Assembly (NCBI GenBank): GCA_963662465.1 | Contig: OY759599.1 | Span: forward strand, 3,808,001 to 3,872,000 | DNA: 64,000 bases | Direction of reading: 5' to 3' | Origin: Desulfatiglandales bacterium | Lineage (GTDB): Bacteria; Desulfobacterota; DSM-4660; Desulfatiglandales; Desulfatiglandaceae | Part shown: positions 1-9,809 of the stretch, one piece after another | Numbering within the stretch: the first letter of the stretch is position 1 | Layout of the letters: every line of letters starts with the position of its first letter | Position numbers and translations under genes: made by a program | Notes under the pieces: generated by a model | Told to the model about the DNA's origin: nothing | Database searches by the model: none | Seen by the model: the letters and a program-made list of their open reading frames with translations, nothing else

Positions 1-60
1 GTAAAACTACCAACGTGGAAGAAATGTATGGCAAAAATGAGACAAGGGGATGTTAATCCA

Positions 61-1698
61 TCACCCCTCCTTCCGACGTTCCTCCTCGCTTCGAATCTCG
101 CGCCGGAGCAATTTCCCCACCTTGCTTGTGGGGAGCATATCCCGAAACTCGATATGCTGGGGCACCTTGTATCCGGCCAGCCGTTTGCGGCACCACTTAA
201 TAAGATCGTATCCGGTGACGCCCTTCACATCCTCCTTGAGAACCACGAAAGCCTTGATGCGTTCTCCCACCTTTTCGTCGGGGATGCCCACCACGCAGGC
301 GCCGACGACCGCCTGGTTTTCCTGCAAGACCCCTTCGATTTCGGAAGAGGACACCCGGTAACCTTTATGCTTGATGGTGTCGACCGTGCGGTCCACGAAA
401 TAATACTGACCTTTCTCGTCAATAGTCAAGACATCGGCTGTCCGGTAATAGAGCAGATTGTCGATTTCCACAAAGGCTTCTTTGGTTTCCTCCGGTTTGT
501 TCCAGTAGGCCCTGACCATGCGGTCCGAATGCACCAAGGCCTCGCCCTGCTCACCCGGGGCAACGGGTTCCAGGGTAGCGGGATCTACCAGCTTGACGGT
601 TTTGCTGGGCACCACCCTGCCGATGCTCTTGGGGGGATTGTCTTCATCGGTATGGCACATGGTAACCCCGCCGCAGGTTTCGGTGGCCCCATACCCCTGG
701 TAGATGGGACGATCAAACTTTTCATGCCACCGTCTGCTGATTTCTTCCGGCAGAACGTCGCCTCCGTTGAAAGCGTACCGAAGGGAAGAGAGATCATAAA
801 AATCGATGCGGTTATGATCCAGGATCATGCGGTAGAGGGTGGGAACCCCGATGAGCGTTTTGGCCTTGTGCCGATGAATGGCGTCAAAAATGGCGTCCAG
901 ATTGACTTTCGGCATCAGAATAATGGCCCCGCCCACCAGAAGGGTACTTAGGGAACAGGTCTGCCCCAGGATATGAAAGAGCGGCGCGGACCCTAAGACC
1001 ACATTTTCCTCGGGTTTAAAAAGAGGATCACAGACGGAAATCTGTTCGCCTGCCGACTCCAGATACAGACCGTGGGAGATGGGAACCCCTTTCGGAAATT
1101 TGGTGGTGCCGCCGGTGTAGATGATTTCCACCGTATCCGTTCCTTTCCGGTTCAGGGACGGCAAAGTCTTGGCGTTCCCCTTGACCATATCCCCGAACCA
1201 GAGGGTATCGTCTTCCCGGGAGACCTTCCCCTTGGGCACCCGGTCGAAGGTCCAGCCGAAGAGTTTTTTCCATCCCGGCAAGAGATCCGTAAGTTTAATG
1301 GCAATGGCTTTTTTGAGATCGGTTTCGGGAATGGCCTGTTTCACATAACCGAAATTGGTATCGGAGCAAACGATGTGTTTTGCTCCGGAATCATTGGCAA
1401 TATAGACCAGGTCATGTTTCGTATAGATGGGCGTGATAGGAACCACCACAGCCCCGGCTCGCTGGATGCCCAGCCAGGCCACCACCCAGTGAACGCTGTT
1501 GGGCACATATAGGATGATACGCTCCCCTTCTTCCACACCGACTGCTTTAAGTGAAGCGGCGAAATTTTCGGCAAAATTTAGAATGGCTTTGTAAGAAAAG
1601 CGGGTGCCCAGATAAATGATGGCCGTTTTGTTGGCGTTTTTATTGGCAGCCGAAGCAAAGGCGTCAAAGATATTTCCGTCGGGGTTCAGTGAGGTCAT
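61..1698 (-). CDS. Long-chain acyl-CoA synthetase / AMP-binding enzyme
   Basis: 545 aa; AMP-binding motif YTGGTTKFPKG, YGATE, YRTAD, terminal SKVGK(LLR) lysine motif. Confidence 0.92.
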   Translation of the reverse strand: MTSLNPDGNIFDAFASAANKNANKTAIIYLGTRFSYKAILNFAENFAASLKAVGVEEGERIILYVPNSVHWVVAWLGIQRAGAVVVPITPIYTKHDLVYIANDSGAKHIVCSDTNFGYVKQAIPETDLKKAIAIKLTDLLPGWKKLFGWTFDRVPKGKVSREDDTLWFGDMVKGNAKTLPSLNRKGTDTVEIIYTGGTTKFPKGVPISHGLYLESAGEQISVCDPLFKPEENVVLGSAPLFHILGQTCSLSTLLVGGAIILMPKVNLDAIFDAIHRHKAKTLIGVPTLYRMILDHNRIDFYDLSSLRYAFNGGDVLPEEISRRWHEKFDRPIYQGYGATETCGGVTMCHTDEDNPPKSIGRVVPSKTVKLVDPATLEPVAPGEQGEALVHSDRMVRAYWNKPEETKEAFVEIDNLLYYRTADVLTIDEKGQYYFVDRTVDTIKHKGYRVSSSEIEGVLQENQAVVGACVVGIPDEKVGERIKAFVVLKEDVKGVTGYDLIKWCRKRLAGYKVPQHIEFRDMLPTSKVGKLLRREIRSEEERRKEG

Positions 1699-1700
1699 GG

Positions 1701-2447
1701 TTAAATCCCAAAATAGGCGGCTTTGACTTCCGGGTTATCCATCAGTTCGGCGCCTGTGCCGGTTAATGTCAACATGCCGTTTTCAATGATGTAGCCGAAA
1801 TCAATCATGGGGAGCACGGGCCGGGCAAACTGCTCGCTGATAATCACGGTAATCCCCGATTTCGCTTTCAAGCCCTTGATAGCGTCCACCAGCACGTGCT
1901 GCATCATGGGGCTCAGGCCCAGGAGGGGTTCGTCCAACAACAGTAGTTGCGGTCGGGGCGCCAGGGCCATACCCACGGCCAGCATCTGTTGCTCGCCGCC
2001 GCTCATGAACCCCGCTTTCCGGGATTTTAAAGGAACCAGCGCCGGAAACAGCTCAAACACCTCCGAAATGTTTTTCCGGATTTCCGATTTTGTACGCAGA
2101 TACCCCGCCATTCGAAGATTCTGGAGAACATCGCTTTCAGGGAAAATAGGGTGGCGCTCGCGGCAGAGGACAATCCCCTTTCTGACCCTTTCGCTGGGCC
2201 GGGTGTCGGTGATATCCTCCCCTTTGAAGAAAACCTTTCCATAGACCGTAATCCGTTCGCCCCCCCGGCGTTTTTCCTTGATCCGCATATCGATGATAAG
2301 CCCAGACAGGGTGTTCATCAAGGTGGTTTTCCCGGCGCTGTTGCTCCCGATGACCCCCACCACCTGCCCCTCGCGCACTTCCATGCTGAAATCATTTAAG
2401 GCCAGGGCGTTTTCAAAAAAGACCATCAGGTTTTGAACGTCAAGCAT
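1701..2447 (-). CDS. livF: HAAT/branched-chain amino acid-type ABC transporter ATP-binding subunit (LivF-like)
   Basis: Walker A GSNSAGKTT, signature MSGGEQQ, Walker B LLLLDEP, AYFG C-terminus; start placed at ATG 2447. Confidence 0.88.
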   Translation of the reverse strand: MLDVQNLMVFFENALALNDFSMEVREGQVVGVIGSNSAGKTTLMNTLSGLIIDMRIKEKRRGGERITVYGKVFFKGEDITDTRPSERVRKGIVLCRERHPIFPESDVLQNLRMAGYLRTKSEIRKNISEVFELFPALVPLKSRKAGFMSGGEQQMLAVGMALAPRPQLLLLDEPLLGLSPMMQHVLVDAIKGLKAKSGITVIISEQFARPVLPMIDFGYIIENGMLTLTGTGAELMDNPEVKAAYFGI

Positions 2448-2458
2448 GGTTTTCCCTT

Positions 2459-3217
2459 TCACTCCGCTTCGCTGCCCAGATAGGCTTCCTTTACGTCCGG
2501 GCTTTCCATGACATCCTTCGCCTGGCCCTCGGCAATCTTTCGACCATAGTTCAGCACCATCACCCGGTCGGCGATGCGGAACAGTTCTTTTAAGCGATGT
2601 TCAATCATGATAATGGTTTTGCCCTGGTGTTTGAGTTTCTCGATAATAGGCACGATACTGGAGACTTCCGCCAGACTCAGGCCTGAAAACAGCTCATCCA
2701 AAATGATCAGATCCGGCCTAAGGGCCATTGATTTGGCCAGTTCCAGTCTTTTCAAATACCCTTGGGGAAGTGCGCCCGCTTTTTTGTAGCTCACATGGGC
2801 GTCCCGTTCAAAGCCCACTTCTTCCAGCAGGTCCAGGGCCACCGCGTCCCGATTCCCGTACTTTCCCCCGGCCAGTTTTTTGACCCGGGGGGAGTAGAGT
2901 GGGACGATGAGGTTCTTGTAGGCCGGCAGTTGGTAAAAGGGGCGGACCATCTGGAAGGTTCTGGAAATCCCCTGGCTCACCACATTGTAGGGAGGCCACC
3001 CGGTAATGTCTTTCCCCCGGAATTCAATGTTGCCCGCCGTCGGCTTCACAAACCCGGTGATGAGGTTTACCAGGGTGGTTTTCCCGCTGCCGTTGGGACC
3101 AATCACCCCCAGAAGCTTTCCTTCCTGAAGATCGAAACTCATGTTCGAAACGGCGGTGACGCCACCGAAGGTTTTGGTCAGTCCTGATACCCTGAGCAAG
3201 GGCGCCGAAGCTGTCAT
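2459..3217 (-). CDS. livG: HAAT-type ABC transporter ATP-binding subunit (LivG-like)
   Basis: GPNGSGKTT, ISRTFQ, IILDE, IEH, EAYLG; ATG 3217 overlaps the upstream stop (ATGA). Confidence 0.88.
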   Translation of the reverse strand: MTASAPLLRVSGLTKTFGGVTAVSNMSFDLQEGKLLGVIGPNGSGKTTLVNLITGFVKPTAGNIEFRGKDITGWPPYNVVSQGISRTFQMVRPFYQLPAYKNLIVPLYSPRVKKLAGGKYGNRDAVALDLLEEVGFERDAHVSYKKAGALPQGYLKRLELAKSMALRPDLIILDELFSGLSLAEVSSIVPIIEKLKHQGKTIIMIEHRLKELFRIADRVMVLNYGRKIAEGQAKDVMESPDVKEAYLGSEAE

Positions 3218-4215
3218 GATACGTCCACCCATCTTTCCACCTGCTGATATTTTCGCTGAATATAAGCAAAGATCCCCTCGGGCATCCCCACCACGAAGAC
3301 CACCAGGAACAGTCCATAGAAAACCATCCTGAGCGCCCCCAGGGCCCTTAGCATTTCCGAGAGGGGTACCAGGATAAAGGCCCCGATCAGGGGGCCTGCG
3401 AAGGTACCGACGCCCCCCACCACGGCGGCCGCCACCGGCATGATGGAGTAATCCAGGGCAAATCCGGGCATACCCGCAAACATGTCCATGTGAGTGCCGA
3501 AGGCCCCCGCGAAACATCCTACGGATGCGCCCAGAAAGAGGACCTGGGCCTTGTACCAGTAGATGTTGAGCCCTGCGCTCATGACGGACCGGTCATTGTC
3601 GCTGATCCCCTTGACCACCAGGCCGTAATCGCTTCCCATAATCCGCCGGAATCCAAAGAGGGTTGCCAGAAGCGCCAGTTGAATGATAAAGAGCGCCGTC
3701 AACTGGTTGGGAAAAGGGGTCAGTCCCGTGAGCCCTTCCGTACCCCCTAAAATGCGCGTGGCCTCCACCAGCCGGCTCAGCATGAGGGGCACCACGAGGG
3801 TCACCATGGCAAAATAGATGCCGCGCAACCGCAACACGGGCAGCAACAATACCGTGCAGAGCAATCCCCCCCCGATGGTGGCAATGGGCATGGTCAAAAT
3901 GGGCGGCAATCCCCCGTAATAGTTGAGGGAACCCGCAAGATATGACCCGATCCCGAAAAAGAGGGACTGCCCCAGGGAAAGGAGACCCACGCACATGAGC
4001 ATATCCCAGCTTATGGCCAGAAGGGCATAGATGGCCGTTGAGATAATCACTTCCCGCCAGTAATCGCTGAGCATGGGCGAAAAGCAGATGAGGGCCACCA
4101 CGGGAATGGCCCCGGGAATCATTAAATACAACATCTCCCGGTAGCTTGTGAGGGCGAATATGTCCGCCGAGCGGGCTTTAACGCCGCGATCGATTCGTTC
4201 CTTACGCCGTTCCAT
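3214..4215 (-). CDS. livM: HAAT-type ABC transporter permease (LivM-like)
   Basis: Hydrophobic; LSLGQSLFFGIGSY, LRLRGIYFAMVT, VGGVGT motifs. Confidence 0.88.
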   Translation of the reverse strand: MERRKERIDRGVKARSADIFALTSYREMLYLMIPGAIPVVALICFSPMLSDYWREVIISTAIYALLAISWDMLMCVGLLSLGQSLFFGIGSYLAGSLNYYGGLPPILTMPIATIGGGLLCTVLLLPVLRLRGIYFAMVTLVVPLMLSRLVEATRILGGTEGLTGLTPFPNQLTALFIIQLALLATLFGFRRIMGSDYGLVVKGISDNDRSVMSAGLNIYWYKAQVLFLGASVGCFAGAFGTHMDMFAGMPGFALDYSIMPVAAAVVGGVGTFAGPLIGAFILVPLSEMLRALGALRMVFYGLFLVVFVVGMPEGIFAYIQRKYQQVERWVDVS

Positions 4216-4223
4216 GTTTTTCT

Positions 4224-5096
4224 CTATATTCTCTCTTCAAGTTCTTTCTGGTGGCTGAAAAGCCCGGATGGCTTGACGATCAACACCACGGCAATGGCGA
4301 TGAGGCTCACCAGCATCATCCAGTGGGGTTCCAGGTAATTGGCCGTAATGGTCTGGGAATACCCGATGAGTACGCTGGCCACCAGAATACCCACGGTACT
4401 GCCGAGCCCCCCTACGATGCACACGGCCAGGGCATTGATGAGAACCTCATACCCCCCTTCCACCGCAATGGTACCCAGCGGCAGGATCACCACCGCCGCG
4501 ATGGCGGCCAAGGCGCACCCCAGGGCCATACTCAGGGCCCCCACCAGGTCGGCATCGATGCCGAAGGTCAGGGCCGTCCGCTCATCCTGGGCAATGGCCC
4601 TGAAAGCGAGCCCCGTCCGGGTATGGTTGGTAAAGAGGTACAGGCACAGGGTGAGACCCACGGCAATAAGACCGATGATCATCCGCTGGTAGTCGATGTA
4701 CACATCTCCCATGCTGAAGCTGCCGTCGACGAAGACGGGCAGGGTATAGCGAAACCCCACAAAATCAAAATACCGGAACAGCTCCATGATGGCCAGACCC
4801 AAACCGAAGGTGGCCATGACCTCGGATAAGGGCATGCCTTTGATTCTCAAGATAACCCCGTAATAGATGGCTAATCCCATGAGCGCTGCCAGCAGGATGG
4901 CAATCAAAACGGCCAACAGGTAGGGAATCCCCAGGGTGTTTAAGAGAATCCACACGGAAAATCCGGAAAAAATGTAGACGGCCCCATAGGCGAAATTGGC
5001 CACGCCGCTGATGCCGAAGGTCAGGTTGAACCCCATGGCCAAGAGGGCCAGGATCGCACTGTTGACAAAACCGTAGATAAGGGTGCCTAGAAGCAT
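4224..5096 (-). CDS. livH: HAAT-type ABC transporter permease (LivH-like)
   Basis: ALLAMGFNLTFGISGVANFAYG, GLAFRAIA, IVGGLGS, KPSGLF motifs. Confidence 0.88.
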   Translation of the reverse strand: MLLGTLIYGFVNSAILALLAMGFNLTFGISGVANFAYGAVYIFSGFSVWILLNTLGIPYLLAVLIAILLAALMGLAIYYGVILRIKGMPLSEVMATFGLGLAIMELFRYFDFVGFRYTLPVFVDGSFSMGDVYIDYQRMIIGLIAVGLTLCLYLFTNHTRTGLAFRAIAQDERTALTFGIDADLVGALSMALGCALAAIAAVVILPLGTIAVEGGYEVLINALAVCIVGGLGSTVGILVASVLIGYSQTITANYLEPHWMMLVSLIAIAVVLIVKPSGLFSHQKELEERI

Positions 5097-5119
5097 GGAA
5101 ATTCCTTTTTTGAAGACTT

Positions 5120-5181
5120 CAGTTATCAGTTGTCAGGGTGCAGGAGAGCACTTGCCCGCTTCTTTTGACAACTGATAACTG
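5120..5181. repeat. Intercistronic 16-bp inverted repeat made of heptamer units
   Basis: CAGTTATCAGTTGTCA (5120-5135) / TGACAACTGATAACTG (5166-5181), between the binding-protein and permease genes. Confidence 0.8.
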
Positions 5182-5186
5182 ATAAC

Positions 5187-6464
5187 TTATTTTAAGCTTT
5201 TGAGCCCTTCGGGTAATTGAATCTTGGCTTCTGCCACCGACGGGGGATAGACGATGACCCGTTTTCCCGGTTCCTGCCACTGGATCATGCATCCCAGGGC
5301 TTCCACTTCGGGGTCGTTGCCGTAGATGACCTGGTGGTCCTTGCCGAACTTGATGCGGCCCATGGCGCCCTGGCGGTCGGTTTTTTCAAGCGCCGCCACC
5401 ACCTTGTCGCCATTAACGGAGCCAGCCCGTTCAATGGCCTCTTTCAGCATATAGACCATCTCGTAGGCAGGGGCCGGGGAATGGCCCGCTTCAATGGGCT
5501 TGCCGTATTTTTTCTGATATTTTTCGTAGAACTCAACGGATTTGGGAACTTTCGGGACCGGCATGTTGCCGATTTCAAAGATGCAGTTCATGGCGCCGGA
5601 AATTTTTCCATCAAAGAGTTTCCAGGCGCCGGGTCCTGCCAAAGGTGAGATAAATCCGGCCATGAGGGCGGGGATGCGCATAATCTTCCACTGTTTTACC
5701 AGTATCCCGCTCTGGGGCATGTCAAAGATGGGCAGGATCACCTGGGCGCCCTTGGCCTTGGCCTTCATGAGGCCGGCTGAAAAATCTGAGCTTCCCGTGG
5801 GATACTGCTGGCGGCCCACCACTTCCCAGCCCATTTTTTCAAAAACCAGTTTGATCATGAGATCGCCGGTCTTTCGGGCCCAGGCCACATCCTGATTCAT
5901 GATATAGACCTTGTTGAAGCCGAATTCCTTGTTCAGGTAGGCCATGGTGCCGCCCAGGTATTTGATGAGGTAGACCGCGTTCAAACAGGCCCTGAAGGTG
6001 TATTTGTACTTGTCGTAATCGGTGGTTACCTTTTTTTGCATGCCGGGAGACATGGCCGTTCCGAGGATCATGGGAACCTGGTGCTGGGCCACCACATCCA
6101 TGCAGGCGATGGCGCACTCGGACCGAAATGATCCGAAGACGATGAAATCCGCCTTGTCTTCCAGGATGAGCTTTTTATGGGCTCGAATGACGTCGCTTAC
6201 GGGAACGCCGGGTTCCGCGCCCCGAGCGTCGATGGCAATGACCTTGAAGGGACGCGTTTCATTGCCCACCTTGACGCCCCCCGCTTCGTTGATTTCATCC
6301 ACGGCCATATTGACGCAGGCAAGCCCTTCCTTCCCTTCAAGGAACCCCAGCGATGTGGGAACCCCCAGGATAATAGGTTCGGCGGCATGGGAACGATGAA
6401 CCGGAACCAGCAAAAAAACCAGTAAAGCCAACACAACGGACAAAAAACAGACGCTCTTTTTCAT
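5187..6464 (-). CDS. ABC transporter periplasmic substrate-binding protein (LivK/PBP type I fold)
   Basis: Signal peptide ending SHA-A, AVDEINEAGGV motif, position in the liv operon; SD upstream of ATG 6464. Confidence 0.88.
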   Translation of the reverse strand: MKKSVCFLSVVLALLVFLLVPVHRSHAAEPIILGVPTSLGFLEGKEGLACVNMAVDEINEAGGVKVGNETRPFKVIAIDARGAEPGVPVSDVIRAHKKLILEDKADFIVFGSFRSECAIACMDVVAQHQVPMILGTAMSPGMQKKVTTDYDKYKYTFRACLNAVYLIKYLGGTMAYLNKEFGFNKVYIMNQDVAWARKTGDLMIKLVFEKMGWEVVGRQQYPTGSSDFSAGLMKAKAKGAQVILPIFDMPQSGILVKQWKIMRIPALMAGFISPLAGPGAWKLFDGKISGAMNCIFEIGNMPVPKVPKSVEFYEKYQKKYGKPIEAGHSPAPAYEMVYMLKEAIERAGSVNGDKVVAALEKTDRQGAMGRIKFGKDHQVIYGNDPEVEALGCMIQWQEPGKRVIVYPPSVAEAKIQLPEGLKSLK

Positions 6465-6591
6465 GAACACTCCCTCCTCATCAATAAAAGATTTGGTATA
6501 TCCATCAAGGACCTATTGTCCTTTGATCAACGTCTTAAATGTTGAAGAGCTTCCCTGTTCTTTGCCCGCAAACAAAGCGGAAAAACACTAT

Positions 6592-8166
6592 TTAAGGAAG
6601 CAACCCAGTCTGGGTATCGAGATCCTTTCTAAGCTTATATTTCAATATCTTCCCACTGGCACTCATGGGCAAAAAATCAACGAAAAGAATTTTTTTGGGA
6701 ATTTTATACCCGGCAATCTCGCCCCGGCAAAAAAGCTTGATATCCTCTTCCGGGATTTCCGATCCATTTTTCTTGACCACCATCGCCGTTACAATTTCTC
6801 CCCATTTCCGGTCCGGCGTACCGATGACGGCGGCCTGTGAAATCCCCGGATGCTTGTACAGAACATTTTCAACTTCGGCCGGATAAACATTTTCACCGCC
6901 CGTGATGATCATATCCTTTTTCCGATCCACCACGTAAATGAAGCCTTTCTCGTCGACCCGGCACATGTCCAATGGATAGTACCAGCCATTTCTGAAGTCC
7001 TTTCTTGTTTCAGCCGCCTTGTTCCAGTAACCCAGGGTATTTCCCAATCCCCGAACCTTGATTTCACCCACCATACCCGGTGAAACCGGCTGGTCATTTT
7101 CATCCACAACGACGCTCTGCATATCGACGAAGGATCTGCCGCAGGAACCCAGAATTTCCGTATTGCCCGATTCCAGGGCCTTGGCAACATCCTCGGTTTT
7201 TAGAATGGTCGTTTGCCCCACTGTTTCGGTGGTTCCGAAAAGGTGCAGAAAAACATTGCCGAACCGCTCGATGGCTTTCTGAAAGATCACGGGGGTCACC
7301 GGCGCTCCCGCAAAAAACATTTTTTTCAAACTGCTTAGATCATATTTGTCAACATGAGGATAGTCAATAAGAAAAAGCAACATGGGGGTTGCCAGCATCC
7401 CCATGGTCACTTTGTGTTTTTCCACAAGACCCATGAATTCTTCCACATCCCATTGGGGCATGATGACGGCCGTGGTTCCGCTGTACATGCAGGTCATCAA
7501 GACGACTTCGCCCGTGGCATGAAACAAAGGCGATGGGATGATGCCGAAGTCCTCCGAATCCATTTTCAGCTCAAGGGTCAAGCTTCTGCCGGCATGGTAA
7601 TAGTTGCGGTGAATGGCCATGCACCCTTTCGGGGCGCCGGTTGTGCCGCTGGTGTACATGAGGGCGGCCAGGTCATTTTCCGTGACATCTATATTTGGCG
7701 TCTCAGGGGAAGATTCCTGGATCAGCGTTTCATAATGATGCCAACCTTCCGGTGTTTTTGATGAATCGCCAATGAATATAAAGTGTTTAACAAAAGAAAG
7801 TTCGTCTTTTATTTTTTCAATATGAGGAAGATAACTTTCCCTCACCATGAGTACGGAGGCTTGGGAGTCGGACAGAATCGTTTGAATTTCCATGGGGGCC
7901 AGCCTGAAATTCAACATCACCAGGGCCAAACCGGCATTGGGAATGCTAAAATATGATTCCGCGTTTTCCATGCTGTTGTGGCTTAAAATGGCCACCCGAT
8001 CCCCTTTGTTGAGTCCCATGGCCAACAGGGCGTTGCCCATTCTGTTGGTTCTTTCCGAGAATTCTCTGAAGGTATATTGGCGATCCCCTTCAATCAAGGC
8101 CGGTTTATTCGGATGGTATTCCAAATTTCGGGTCAGCATATTTCTGAGTGTACATATTGTATTCAT
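6592..8166 (-). CDS. Acyl-CoA synthetase (AMP-forming), FadD/CaiC-like
   Basis: YTSGTTGAPKG, FGTTE, DRKKDMIITGGENVYP, SASGKILK. Confidence 0.92.
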   Translation of the reverse strand: MNTICTLRNMLTRNLEYHPNKPALIEGDRQYTFREFSERTNRMGNALLAMGLNKGDRVAILSHNSMENAESYFSIPNAGLALVMLNFRLAPMEIQTILSDSQASVLMVRESYLPHIEKIKDELSFVKHFIFIGDSSKTPEGWHHYETLIQESSPETPNIDVTENDLAALMYTSGTTGAPKGCMAIHRNYYHAGRSLTLELKMDSEDFGIIPSPLFHATGEVVLMTCMYSGTTAVIMPQWDVEEFMGLVEKHKVTMGMLATPMLLFLIDYPHVDKYDLSSLKKMFFAGAPVTPVIFQKAIERFGNVFLHLFGTTETVGQTTILKTEDVAKALESGNTEILGSCGRSFVDMQSVVVDENDQPVSPGMVGEIKVRGLGNTLGYWNKAAETRKDFRNGWYYPLDMCRVDEKGFIYVVDRKKDMIITGGENVYPAEVENVLYKHPGISQAAVIGTPDRKWGEIVTAMVVKKNGSEIPEEDIKLFCRGEIAGYKIPKKILFVDFLPMSASGKILKYKLRKDLDTQTGLLP

Positions 8167-8273
8167 TAGATGTCCTCACTGATATGGGTCTTATATAAAC
8201 AGGATGCTCGGCGTTTTTTTTATTGATCAGCCTTTCGAACAATCCTGAAGGAAGTAATCATCCTACCTGCGCA

Positions 8274-8289
8274 AGCAAAGGCCGTGCCA
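8274..8289 (-). promoter_or_regulatory. Sigma-54 (-24/-12) promoter for the ligase/ABC operon
   Basis: Minus strand reads TGGCACGGCCTTTGCT (TGGCAC-N5-TTGCT), ~110 bp upstream of ATG 8166; sigma-54 activator gene nearby. Confidence 0.85.
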
Positions 8290-8528
8290 TAAGAAAATAA
8301 TAAGCTTAACATGCTTAAAATAAAAGGTTTATTCCTATGGATCTCTCCTCAACGGAATTGACCGTGACTGTAAGAATTCGTTACAATCGGTTTGGAAGAA
8401 GAGGGTTCCGGATAAGATGGAGAAATAGAAATATGTTTATAAACAATAAGTTGACTTGTTTGTCCTGCCAGGCGTTACCAAAGGTGACGCGCAGAGGGAA
8501 TGCGTAAGAAAAGGTAACACCCGTCTGG

Positions 8529-9809
8529 TCAGTGGGACTTCCCGGCGGATTTCATAAAGGCAGGGAGCGCAATATGTCCCTCGGCGATGGTGTGGGGGAA
8601 CACAATGACGCGTTTTCCGGGCGGCTGCCACTGAACCACGCAGGCCAGGACATCTTGTTCGGGATTACGACCGAAAATGGCCTGGTGACCCCTGTGGAAA
8701 ATAACACGTCCCATCACCCCTTTTCGATCGGTGGCCGCCAGTGCTTCCGCCACTCGATCCGGGTCCAGGGTTTGGGCCCGTTCAAAAGCCTGGGCCAGAA
8801 TGTAAACTGATTCGTAGGCCGGGGCCGGTCCGTGGCCCGCCTGAATAGGAGAACCGTATCTGTCTTGATAGGCTTCGTAAAAAACTTGTGCCGGAGGATA
8901 TTTGAGTGACGGCAGGTTCCCCAGTTCAAATATGACGTTGATTACACCCTCCACCCCTCCCTGGAAAGAGGCCCAGGCATGGGGTCCGGAAGCCGGTGAA
9001 ATGAAGCCGCATAACATGGCCGGCGGTTTCATTTTATACCACGCTTGAACCAGGTTTTTACTGGTGGGCATGTCAAAAACGGCCAGAATCACTTGCGCTC
9101 CGGTTGCCTTTGCCCGGCTTAGCGACGGGTGGAAATTCGTTGTTTCAGCGGGAAGGTTTTCCTGCCCCAAAACTTTCCATCCGGATCGATCCAGATACAG
9201 TTTCAACATTAGGTAAGCCGTGGAACGGGCCCATGCCACATCCTGATTCAAGATAAGTACTTTTTCAAAACCGAATTCCTGTTTCATCAGCTTCATGGTT
9301 TTGATGAGATAAGCGACAAGGTATTTGGTGCTGAGCCCCACGCGAAAAATGTACTTATATTTGGCATTGCTCAGGATTTTGGCATCCACGGCCGGAGACA
9401 TGGCAATACATTCCAGGGTGGGCAGTTTTTTTTCAGCCAGAAGATCCATGGAAGCCAGAAGCACTTCCGAACGAAATGGCCCGACGACCAGAGCATGGGG
9501 GTTTTTCTCTCTGATAAAGGTTCGAAGTTTTGTCACAACTTCGGCGGGAGAAGAGGCGCCCGGCCCGACCTCATTCAGATCAAAGGGCGCCACCCTGAAC
9601 TTGTAATGTTTCCCTTTCAGGGTTACGCCTCCGGCGCCATTGATTTCCGCCACGGCCATTTGGACCGATTTTAAACTCTCCGACCCTTCGAGTGTTTTTA
9701 AGGATGTGGGCGCGCCCAAAAGGATCTCACTATCCCCACCGGCGATAGCAAACGAGACCCAATAGAGTACCATTACAAAAAGGGTCAGTATCCATAGCCA
9801 TCTGCTCAT
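8529..9809 (-). CDS. Second periplasmic substrate-binding protein, paralogue of 5187-6464
   Basis: Shares NQDVAWAR, FDMP, GFISP and AGHxPAPAYE motifs with 5187-6464; overlaps the regulator stop. Confidence 0.85.
   Translation of the reverse strand: MSRWLWILTLFVMVLYWVSFAIAGGDSEILLGAPTSLKTLEGSESLKSVQMAVAEINGAGGVTLKGKHYKFRVAPFDLNEVGPGASSPAEVVTKLRTFIREKNPHALVVGPFRSEVLLASMDLLAEKKLPTLECIAMSPAVDAKILSNAKYKYIFRVGLSTKYLVAYLIKTMKLMKQEFGFEKVLILNQDVAWARSTAYLMLKLYLDRSGWKVLGQENLPAETTNFHPSLSRAKATGAQVILAVFDMPTSKNLVQAWYKMKPPAMLCGFISPASGPHAWASFQGGVEGVINVIFELGNLPSLKYPPAQVFYEAYQDRYGSPIQAGHGPAPAYESVYILAQAFERAQTLDPDRVAEALAATDRKGVMGRVIFHRGHQAIFGRNPEQDVLACVVQWQPPGKRVIVFPHTIAEGHIALPAFMKSAGKSH

Noticed and set aside
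28..951. 307-aa plus-strand ORF and the many similar antisense ORFs
   Set aside because: Shadow ORFs opposite well-supported genes
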